NCBI RefSeq assembly: GCF_036321535.1
Contig: NC_087437.1
Coordinates: 81,842,001 to 81,906,000, forward strand
DNA from: Camelus dromedarius
Lineage: Eukaryota
Length of the DNA stretch: 64,000 nt
Direction: 5' to 3'
Shown in pieces: positions 50,691-61,700 of this stretch. The notes under the pieces were generated by a model that saw only the letters and a program-made list of their open reading frames with translations, searched no databases and was not told the origin of the DNA. The first letter of the stretch is position 1. Every line of letters starts with the position of its first letter. The position numbers and the translations under genes are program-made.

Positions 50691-52834
50691 AATTTAAATG
50701 GCCATTTGTGACAACTTGGATGGACCCTGAGGGCATTATAATAATGAAAATAATGTTATGCTGTTCTAAAATCTCTGTTTACAGAAACTCCAGAGTCTTC
50801 CCAGCATTCTTTCAGGAATCCCAACAGAATGACCCTATATACAATATGGAATTCCAATCCCTGGAATTCTAAGTACATATGACAGGAATAGGGCAGGCTG
50901 TCATTCCAGTGTCATTCCCAGAATTACACACCATATTTTCCTTCCATCCTGTATTACCTAACGGAGTGGGGAAGATGTGAGACCAACTCACATATATTCA
51001 GCAAGGTCCTTTAATTAAGAGATTAAGTGGATGTTGAGCTTTCAAGTAAAGATAATCCATGCTTTTTTTGTAGGAAAGTTACAATATTTCCCTAAAATTT
51101 GGGTGCAAGCACTAAAAATTATTCTGAAGAATGACCTTCACTTATTTTTGGTTACCCAAAAATTCAAGAAATTTACTTTAATTCCATAAAAATAATTGAG
51201 GCTTTACAAATACTGATCACATCAAAATGCTCTTAGATTTATCCTCTGACTTTATGAGTGTTAGTACAAATACTTTTCCAATACACTTAGAGCTCTCTAG
51301 TTTTATAAACACATTTTTCTGAGGGAAGCTAGATGGGATTTGAGGCCCCAAATCATTTTCTCCAATATTTAGGCAACAGAAAGTACCTTTTAGGGTTATT
51401 GAAACTAAATGACAATCCTTTAACCAATGTTTATTTAAAAGGTGCATACCTCACAAAAGCTAGTGTGAAAATGCTAGTGAATTCTTTCCATTACATCTGG
51501 ACCCAATCAGAATGCTCACATTTTGTAGCCTGCACACTGTAAATAAATACAGACCATATAACTTCTTACTGCTGCCATGAGCATAGATTTACTCCAGATA
51601 ATAAGTAATGCATTAGCATATATTTGTCTCCCACATGTTTTTTTTTCTCCCTGAGTTCCTGGACATACTTGTGGAACAGTCTAGAAAAATCAATGTTGTG
51701 ATACATAGAGATCAGGAAATTATCTCTTGATAGAGTCCTGTGTTCCTAATCACCAGCATCCAGTCTTGCCAATTTCAATGGATGCAAATTTACCTTTTTT
51801 TCTTAAATGTATTAATGGGGTATTAAAGCAAAATAAAGCATTGCAGGGTGAATAATAGCAACCATATTTCTTCAATCAAATGTCCATACTGTATGTCTGG
51901 TTGTGGTTTCAAAGAAATTTGGATTAAATAACCTGATTCACATAGGAGACGGTTGCTAAAAACTGGATTTTGGTACCATTCAGTCAAACATAAAACAGCC
52001 ACTTTTGCACTATATCTCCACATTTAGGAAAAATGAAACTGCTTCCTCTGAGACAGGTATACTGGATACTTGACTCTAAATCCTGAACACAATTCATGGA
52101 AATAATAAAATTTAGAAGGACAAGAACAGGGCTAAGTCACCTAACATTCTCAATATTCCAGGAATTTTTATTCAGTTCTGTCAAAGAGGCACTCTCTGAA
52201 ATTTATTAAGCTCTCCAGTTTTCCTACTGAATACCTGAAACAATCCCATCCTACTATGTGCTTTGCAGGTTACTGGGTAAGAATTTAGAGTAGAGCAATT
52301 GAGGGGCAGTAAACATTTTAGTGTTGGTAAGGTAACTCACAGAGTTCAAGTTAAATAATCCTACTCTTGCAGACAGTGTTTGCAGTGGAAGCTTTACAAA
52401 GCATTAGTCATGACCTTCAAGAAGATAACAGCAAGCTCCAGGAACCGTGATTTTCGAAGGGGATGTGGGAATGAGGGCTTTAATGGAAGCTTTCCAGAAT
52501 TGCAGCTGCCGAGCTGTGGGTTTTTCATTGGTTGTCACTTGATAGAGGTAGGGTGGGAGGAAGAATTCTTTGAGGGCAAGTTCAGACAGTGAATAGTTCA
52601 AGGCAGCAGCCTGCCTAGAAACTCAAGAGCAATGAATGGACACACAAACCACAAAAGTTAAAAGACATGACTGGTTTGATTTTTCAAAGTTTTAAGGGGC
52701 TGAAGTCATTCTATTACTGCACAGCAACCACACAGAGTAAAATTAACATGAAGTAGTAATAGTCAGCAATAGAGCTGAGGATGGTTTTTCCAAATTCTGG
52801 GGTGGGGGTGCGGGTGCCACCAATTCTTATCACG

Positions 52835-53050
52835 GCAATGGTACAGTGGAAATAGCATAAACTTTTGGGTCAGGGAGACAGATTTGGCCATGGTACTCTG
52901 TCCCTGTGCGGCTGGGCCTCAATTTATCTTCAACAGGAGAGTAATAACTACCTTGCAGGGTTGTTGTGGGAATAAATGAGATAACGTGTGTTAGGCAGCA
53001 GTAGATAAGAGCAGCTCAAAAAATGGTTATTGTGCTATCATTATCATAAT
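52835..53050 (+). mobile_element. MIR
   Basis: tggtacagtggaaatagca...ctgggcctcaattt...ctaccttgcagggttgttgtgggaataaatgagataacgtgtg. Confidence 0.75.
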
Positions 53051-53746
53051 AAGTGATGCTGCTTTGTTATAAATCGCTACTACCATCTATGCAATTGTTA
53101 TAGGTGAGCCAACCTAAAGAGCAAGAAGAGCTATATTCAACTGCATGTAAATCACTCACACTATTAAAAAAAATAGTCTGTTACTGTTTTGAGTTTACAG
53201 GATTTTTCAGTTTAATCTTAGTATAGCTTTTATGTCATTAAAGTAGAGATTTTTATGCATTCTTTCAGCATGGCAGAAAACATACTCCATGAGAGCCTTA
53301 CAATGTCATGAGCTAGTTTTTGCTAAAAGAGGAATAATACAGTTAGCTGTTTCCTTCCTGCCTCAGACAGACTTCGCAATGATTCACCAATAATGAAAAC
53401 CGCCAGCTGCCATTCCATATAAAATGTTCTACTGGCACTGCATACCTTATGGCAAACTCTAAGTTACATGTCCTCTTCTTATTTCTGCCTTTCTTCCTAA
53501 GGCCAGTTAAAACCTGCCTTTCATAAAACTTAAGAGTAAATAAAAACAACCAATCTGGAACCTGACCGAATACCAACTAAGATGATCTAAAATAGAACTG
53601 AGGGTCAGGGCATCTCAACATTCGCATACCCATCGGTCATCTTCCCTACCACACTTAAATCATCTGTACTTCATGTATCATATTTTGTCTCCTCATGTTT
53701 TAACACCTATAGTCTTCCTCACATTTCATTACTTACTCCCCTTGGG

Positions 53747-54077
53747 CAGGGGTTAGCAAACTGTGGCCAGTGATTCAAAATCCAGTCCACAATCTGTTTT
53801 TGTAAAGACCGCAAGAATGATTTTTACATTTTCAAATGGTTGGGGGGAAAATACCAAAATTAGAATAATTTTTCATGACATGTGAAAAATATATAAAACT
53901 GAAATTTCAGTGACCATAAAGTTTTATTGGAACACATCCATGTTCATTTGTTCACGCACTGTCTGTGGCTGCTTTTGCATGATAATGATAGAGTTGAGTA
54001 GTTACTATAGAGACCATTCTGCTGGCAAAGCCTAAAATATTTACTACCAGACCTTTTTCAGAAGTTTGTCAACAGTG
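53747..54077. mobile_element. MER58B hAT-Charlie element
   Basis: caggggttagcaaact...aagaatgatttttacattt...aaagttttattggaacaca...gcaaagcctaaaatatttact...aagtttgtcaac. Flanks cccttggg / ccccaggg. Confidence 0.88.
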
Positions 54078-55829
54078 CCCCAGGGGGTCTTACTCTTGGG
54101 AGAAAGTGAGACAAATACACTAAGCTTGACCTCCCTGTCCAACCAGCCTTGGAAAGGAAATAGAGCATAGCTTGACTTTTCAGTAAGGGTGGAGCGGAAT
54201 AGTAAAAAAGCACTGGCACAGGAAACAGGAGACATGGGTCTCAGGTTTTGTTTTTATGGTGGCTCTGAACAATTATATACTCAACTTTCCTGTAGCATGG
54301 CTTCTCCTTTGTTAGGCTCAGTTTCATCAGTTTGAAAAAAAGTCTGTCCTTCACTGCCTTACTGGATCACCATGATAATATGTGGTAACACTACCACCAT
54401 TTCCTCTCTTACACCATTTCTCAAATCACTCTAGGGTCATTGGAAGTGAAGGGAATAAGGATATTGCTAATCTTCCCCAAGGATTAACAGGGTAGAATTT
54501 TAAAACCCAATTTTAAATCTATGGAGATGGGCCCCCAATGTGCCCACATACCTACAACAATAAATAATGCATCCCAGTCTCTACTGTACAATGGTGGTAC
54601 TTAGGGCATACGAAACTGAATCACTTGTTTTCTGGAAATTCCCACTATAAATATGGCCATTAAGTACAGTCTAAAAATGTTGATGTCTGCAAAACACCTT
54701 CTAAATTATAGTAGGAAAAAAACAGGATTTAAAGCTAAACAAACAGATGAGATGGGATGGGCAGAGATAATTTTATATTCAGAATAAAGCAGAATGCAGA
54801 GCTATTTATATTCACACAAATATTATCAGATGGCAAATACATTGCTAATCAGAGTTCCTATCTCACACATTTTATATTGTAATGCAAATCTACACATTCT
54901 CATTCCTAAGCCAAGACTAGGCCATACAGTTGCACAGTAAATAATTTCACCATAATCTACTTTAAAATAACTACAATGATTCAAACGTATGAATGATTCA
55001 AATTCAAAATGCAATCCCTGGATTCAGTAAATATCCTTTATAATTACACCCAATCAATATTAGAAATGTTTGTAGACACTAAGTCAGCTAACAAAGTAAG
55101 TTACATAACTATATAAAGTATAAATCTCCAGAATGGGGAACATGCACGATCTGTCAAATCACTCTGCCACCATGTCTTTTTTTTAAATAACATGATTCAC
55201 ACTTGCTTCAATCACATATTCATCTGTTGCAAGTATTAAATTAGACCACTGATGCTAACAACTTAAAGCTATGATCTTTGTTACCTTAAAAGAAAATTCA
55301 ATTTAATATCAAGAAATTCAAGAAGTTAATTTCAGGACTCTTTATCAGAAGCTTTCAATGCTTGATGTACTACTCTGGTGTACACAAAAGTTCAAGTAAG
55401 GCTAAGAAATAAGGTTAAATCAGTTATGGGTACAATGATTACTCATCATTAAAAGTGGTGCACAGAGCTTGGAGTCTTGGCCTGCTTTTCGGAACAGGTG
55501 CTCTCAAAGGGAAAACAAGGTTCTGAGAAAAGGCTAGAGTGAATGAGACATGCATGAATGAGAATAAACAATAATTTTTGTTAAGTTAAGAGGACAATAA
55601 TTACCCTACTACAAATATGATTAAAATTAAACTCATTAAAATTAGAGTTGGAAAAGCTCTTAGAGGACTCTGAGCCCAAGTTTCCTTCATAGAAAGTCAA
55701 CATGCATGTCAGGCAATCATTGTTCAGCTTCTGCTACACCATTCACTTCTGGTGGCAGACAGCTCTCTTCCTCATCCATACCAACTCACTCTATTTTGGC
55801 ACAACTTCAATGACTATGGAGTCAAAAAT

Positions 55830-55990
55830 GCACAGGAAAGTAGATAAAAGAATACTGAGCTAGAAAATAGGAGTTCCAAATAACAGCTTCAGCCGACATT
55901 AACTCTGAGTAAGTCTTTGGAGCTCTCTGGGTTCCAGTTTCCTCATCTGTAAAATAGTGTCTCTATGTCTTTCCCAGTTTTGAATTTCTC
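55830..55990 (+). mobile_element. MIR
   Basis: ctctctgggttccagtttcctcatctgtaaaat core. Confidence 0.6.
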
Positions 55991-57044
55991 TACATCTGTA
56001 ATTACCATTTCATGCTACTGAAAGAAAATCATTTGTGAGAAAGCGACAAAGAGTTGTGATTTTTCTTCTTACATTTCTTATTTATGTTACACCTAGGCTG
56101 CCTCTGTATATTTCAACACTTTCTAAACATCATCCTAACACTTGGTCTTTACTTCGGCTTTCCAGATTACCTTTAACTTGATTATGCTTTGATGATTGCT
56201 ATCTCAGTGTTATCATGACTCAGAATTTGCCCTTTTATAGTTACTAAATAGCCAACGCTAAGCTGCAAAATCCCTCCAAGTGACTTAGTTTGGTTTGCAG
56301 AATTCTGAAGTTAAAAAAAAAAAAAAATCAAACCATGAGAACCATGGTTCTAAAAGATTCTTAGTCTATCTTCTATAGAATGTTAGTAAACTGCTCAAAT
56401 TTTTGATTTGACTCTTTTTTTTATGATGAGAACATATAGACTAAAGCTAGAATAAACTTTGAGCTCAAGGAAAAGCTATACCTTTTACAAAAATGATAGT
56501 TAATGTACACTTGGTATTATCTAAGTATATACAGAAGTTTTTATAAGCAAAAATGCTGTATATTTTAATGTGATCGTACCCTGGCAAAGGTTGCAAATGC
56601 AATAGTAAAATGAATGACTATTTAGCATTTTATTTACATAACTAAAGTGGATACAGTGCAAAAGACTGAATGTGCCTGGGGAACCTTCCTTTGTTAAACA
56701 GTCATCATAACCAAAATCTACAGTGTTATGTAACTAAAACAAAGTTTATTTTCTGTACAAATAAATGCACTTAGTAATTTAAGTAAGATATTTAAAATTT
56801 AATTTTGATATTTTAGTTATAAATGTGAAAATAAACAATATTTTTTCAGCCAATTAGGTCCAAGCAAAATTTTTTTGAAACAGAAGAAAGGGAATCTAGG
56901 TGATGAAATAACTGCTAGTAGTTGACTGACTAGCTGGAAAAACATCACCAAGATGTAAATATGTCACACTTCAGTAAAAAGTTGTATTAAAAAATTACCA
57001 TTATGAATAGCTTATAGTAATGTAACAAGTTCTGAGTCATTTCA

Positions 57045-57260
57045 CTGGGCTGAACAACAACATCCAAACTCCTTACCATGGCCTGCAAGATCTGACCCTG
57101 CCTGCCTGTCAAACACCTCTTCCTACTACTGTTCTCCTTCACTCTGTACTCTAGTATCACTTACTCTCTTCCAAAGCATCAAACATTTTTGAGTGTCTTT
57201 ATATATGATTTTCCCTCTGTTTGTGGCACTCTTCCTCTTAATCGTTGCTTGTCTAACTCT
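57045..57260 (+). mobile_element. L2 fragment
   Basis: atccaaactccttaccatggcctgcaagatctgaccctgcctgcct. Confidence 0.6.
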
Positions 57261-57668
57261 GAACTCTGTGTTGTAAAAAAGCAAGTAAACTGTTCAAATG
57301 TTTCCCACCTTCACTGGTATGGAAGTTCACACAGGAGGCTGAACTAATTCATTTAATATCTCTAGATTCTAAACAGCAATGTATCAGGAAAAAACAGTGT
57401 TGATGCATAAAATAATAAGCATGCATTAAAGTTCAGCAGGGTGGAGTAGGAGGACACAATGTGTAGGAGTGGAGTGAAAAAGCTCTTCTGTTGTTTCCTG
57501 AACAGGGCAGGTGTCATGACACAGTCATGAAGTCTGTTCTCAAGCTATTAGGTACAGTTGAAGAAATGTTCACCCTCCTTTTTGACCCTGAATCAAAAGG
57601 GGTATAGGCTGGGTTTGGTCCACTGAAGAAGTTTGTTTGACCTTAAATTGAAAAAATTGTTTTTTTAG

Positions 57669-57898
57669 ATTCGTTTATTCATCAAACATTTATTAAGCAC
57701 CTATAATTTATTGAGTGCCTACAATGAGGCACATTTCCAGATCCTAAGTATACAGCACTGAACAAATACACAAAAATGTACAAAGTCCCTACTGTTTTGG
57801 AAACTGTTTCTAATGTAGAAGACAGGTAAAAAACAAACAAAAAAATGTAGCATATTAGATCATGATATGTACTAATAACAAAGCTAAGAGGGAAGAGG

Positions 57899-57939
<41 letters not shown>

Positions 57940-58505
57940 TACAAGTTTAGATGGTGTGGCCAAGGAAAGCCTCACGGAGAAGGTGCCTTTTGAGGAAAGG
58001 GTTGGAAGGGGTGAATGGGCCATGGAAATACCTGAGGAAAGAGCATGCTGGCTGAGGGAACAGCAAGGGTGAAGGTCATGATGAAGGAATGAGCTTGGGT
58101 ATTTGAGGAACAGGCAGGAGGCCACTGTGGCTGCGGAGATGAGGTCAGAAAGCCTCATGGGGCACTGGGAAGCCTTTGGCTTTCACGCTGAGCGAGATGG
58201 GAAGCCAGAGGGTGTGCGCAGAGGAGCAACATGATCTGACTTGTGCTTTAATAGACATCTCTGCTGTAGGAGACAAAGCATGGAAAGGAAATCTTCTGGG
58301 AGGCTAATCCTGGAGAGAGATTATGGTGGTTTGGGCTACAGTAGTAGTGTAACAGGAAATCACGAAGAAGTGATCAGATGCTAATATATTTTGAGGGTAG
58401 AGCCAATAGGATTTCCAGATGGATTAGATGTGGGTTTTGAAAGGAAGAGAGAAGTCAAGGACAACTCCAAAACTTCTGGCTTGAGTAAGCAGAAGAAAGG
58501 AGTTG
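57669..58505 (-). mobile_element. L2a (~840 bp 3' portion)
   Basis: ttcatcaaacatttattaagcacct...ggccaaggaaagcctcacggagaaggtg...gagcgagatgggaagcc...catgatctgactt...gaagtcaaggacaactccaa. Confidence 0.9.
57901..57938. repeat. (GT)19 microsatellite
   Basis: Perfect dinucleotide run. Confidence 0.97.
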
Positions 58506-58762
58506 CCAACATTTACAATCAGGAGATTTAATTTAATAATCCACACTTCTAGGTTCTCTCAAAATACTAGAAGATGTGGTCAACTGTGTATCTGCCTTTT
58601 TTACAAGACGGTAAGCTGGAGGTGGGAGGCAGCTGCCCCCTGGAGAGAGAACACTGGCCCTTTGGTGCACTATAGGTCTGTAGTCTTGTACCTGGGCCTT
58701 TGTATAAACAGCTGTTTGCACCTGCCTGACTGCTGCGGGCAGCTTAAGTTTGGAAGCCCTGC
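58501..58762 (-). mobile_element. MER102-like hAT element
   Basis: agttgccaacattta...aatcaggagattt...agctggaggtgggaggcagctgccccct...gtttggaagccctg. Confidence 0.65.
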
Positions 58763-61700
58763 CCAAAGTTCTCTCTCATAACCCTGCTGTCATAAAATAC
58801 AGCATAAACTTGCCTATAATTCTGACTAAAGAAAGTTTGACAAAGTATTTATTTAAAAATGGGGTATAAACAGGACACCTCTTATTCTAGTTTTCCCCTC
58901 CATAGTGATTTACAGTAACCTGAGACAGAAGTCTATCCTCTGTCTCTCTTCTCAGTGAGAAGAGAAGCTCCTTGAAGAAACCCATCTTCCACATATTCCA
59001 TCTTCATCAAGTCTAAGTCCCACTCACTTGACAGTCTGTTACCAGTGCCTGGGGTATGGCTCTGAACCATACTGGGTCTAGTGCCGCATCTCATTCTACT
59101 TGTGATTCTAAAGAAGCCCTACTATATAGCAGGGCTTCTCTGACTGTAACATGTGTATGAACCTCCTACTCTGGAAGGTTATTTAGCTTCACTTACATAA
59201 GGGTAACTGGCTTAAAATAAAGTGCCTGGTAACAACGTCTCTATGGAAAACCTGAAATGTTTCCCTTCAGCAAATAAAAATAATGCAAACCCAAGTGTCT
59301 TGTTTTGCCATGTCTATCAGGAAGCTCAGAGCTAAACACAATGTTCAATAACACAAAACCATTTAACTCAGGGATTTGAGTACATTTTCCTCCTTCCTTC
59401 ATATTCATCCTCATGATTTGATTTTTAACTGCTCAGGTGTAGGTACATTTTGACTCTAGGCAACATCAAATCTTTTCTGATGGGGTTGGGGCAAGAGGGA
59501 AGCAGGAAAAGGAAAGTGATTTAAAAAAAAATCTTTCCAACTTGGTATTAGAAAAGTCAGCACATATGGTTCTTTTAAGAGTAAATAATATAAACCTTAC
59601 TGCCCTGCCTCAATCCCAAAGCAGCTTTGTCTCAGAGGCTTATGCCTTTAAAAAAATTGCCTTTAGAGGACAAAAGCAGCCATGAACAGTATAGGGCTAT
59701 AAACTGATGAGAAGGATAAATCCTACCAGGAAAATTCTTCCATGCAGCTATCTCTCTTAACTAATTATGGTCATTGAGAGACAGAAACGATAACTCTCAT
59801 GACCTGGACTAACTCCCTATAATAAAGATCAGTTTTGATACCGAGGAGAATTTAAAGGAAAACATGTGTTAATTAGTAACGCAAAAACTATGGGTAAAGT
59901 AAGCATCAAGACAGATACTTTGTGGTAATAAATCTAAGTGCACTTTATAAACCTGCATCCAGTCAGCAGCCAGACAAGCACAGTGAGGACTAGGATATCA
60001 GTCCATCTCTGGTGTCATGGAAAAACCCAGGGCATCAAGCTTGGCTACCAACTAGTTTCATGACCTTGGGTAACCAGCCCAGGTCTGATCTATAAAATGA
60101 AGAGAATGTGGAGAGCACAGATTCAGAATTTCTCACACCTCAGAGCTCCACTTGCCCAGTTCTGTCCCTTTGTTTAACCGGGGACCAAGCCCACACATAC
60201 TGAATGTTGAAGGTGAGAAGGCTATTCTCCAGTATGCCCCCTGCAACTTCTTCTAACAGTTTAAAGAGTTGTATTTGTTCCCAAACCTGTTTATGCCTGT
60301 TGGACTTGCAATTATAATTACATAATTTAATCAAATATTATGTAAGTCGATGAAATATTACAGTGAAAGGCAGGAGTTGTTTTCTACGCAAAATACATTG
60401 AATAGTTTGAGAAGACTTTATAAAGGTAAGTCACTTAAAATGGCAATACAGCAGATGTAGGTTAGACAATTCTAAAAGAATGGGAAAAATTGTAAAAATC
60501 TAGGACTCCTTCTGAATTATTTCTTGTGCTTTAACAAAATTGAAATGAGAAACTAAAGAAAATGCAATCATTAAGGTATAATTAATGCACGAGAACTGTT
60601 AGGAAATTATAATCAGCAGACCTATAATCAAAGAAAAAGCCTTGGCCCCACATCAAGGCTTCTACAACAATGGGAAAGGGAATAAGAACCATGGTGAAAT
60701 GTTACAGCGGCCCCATGCTCTTATTTAAAGCCAGATGAAATAGGCAACAATGACACTAAAACAACTTTCCAAGTAGTGGGTAGGCAGGGGGAGGGAAAGT
60801 GGAGGATGAGCTTAGGGTTGTGGGAGGGAGGGGCAGACAGATACACAGACACTACTTTTGACAGTCTGGCGTGTCCTTGAATCCACTCCTGCAGAGTCAT
60901 AGGTTCCTCTCTACTAAGTTTCCAAGTAAAGATTTAACTCCTAGAGTTAGCAGCAAAACTCTACCCCTGCCTCCTCAGTTTTTAAAAAATATATATATTT
61001 GATAAATTACTTACTGAGTTTAATGTATGTTGAATTTACCTGGGCAATGGGCACTGAGAACGAAAACCCAGGATGCTTTGGTTTCATAAGAGTAAGACAT
61101 GCAGAGTGTGAGTAGTCCTAGTTAGAAATAATAGTTTTCAACAGCAAGACCAGGCCTATAATTTTCTGCAGCACACCATGACATCATGGTTTATATGAGG
61201 CCAACTCCATAAATCAAGCTTTACCTAATTAGAGATTCTTCTGCAGATCTACATTATTAGAGCAAATAATTAAAACTGCCTAGGCAATAATACAAGCCAG
61301 ATCTGTTTACAAAAATGTTCTTTTTTCCCCCAAAACTTTTAGTCTCACTACCACTTACAGATCTTTCACATTTAGTAAATTATAGACTTAGAGCATTTCT
61401 TTTAGTCTGACTTCACTTTCAAGGAATTCTTCAATTAACTTTACGTTGCTTTAAGCTGTTCATCCAACGAGAAAACAATCTGTGGTTTCTGACTCCTTTG
61501 CGTGCCAATGGCTGCCATCCATGTTTGACTTTCAGACACACTGTCTCTTGAGAGCCAGGCTCTGTTTGCATAAAACCAGCCAGTTGTCATAGCATTTTGA
61601 CAAGCTCTATAGAAAAACAAGGAACAATACTCTGTAGAGGCTAAACTGGGAGAATTACCACTGCAATGGTGACTGCACTGGGGACACACATGACATCCAC

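Noticed and set aside
51450..51540. Minus-strand exon candidate with GAG|gtatgc donor
   Set aside because: Stop codons in all three frames.
52799..52814. G-rich run
   Set aside because: Only three G-tracts, so not a canonical G4.
53445..53515. Minus-strand 68-nt exon candidate
   Set aside because: Poor polypyrimidine tract, frame-shifting length, unrecognised peptide.
57682..58158. Longest ORF (158 aa, HT repeat)
   Set aside because: Lies wholly in L2a. The HT run is the (GT)19 microsatellite.
58628..58646. CTCF-like gctgccccctggag (also weak matches near 11531 and 31305)
   Set aside because: Imperfect core. The 58.6-kb match is part of the MER102-like element.
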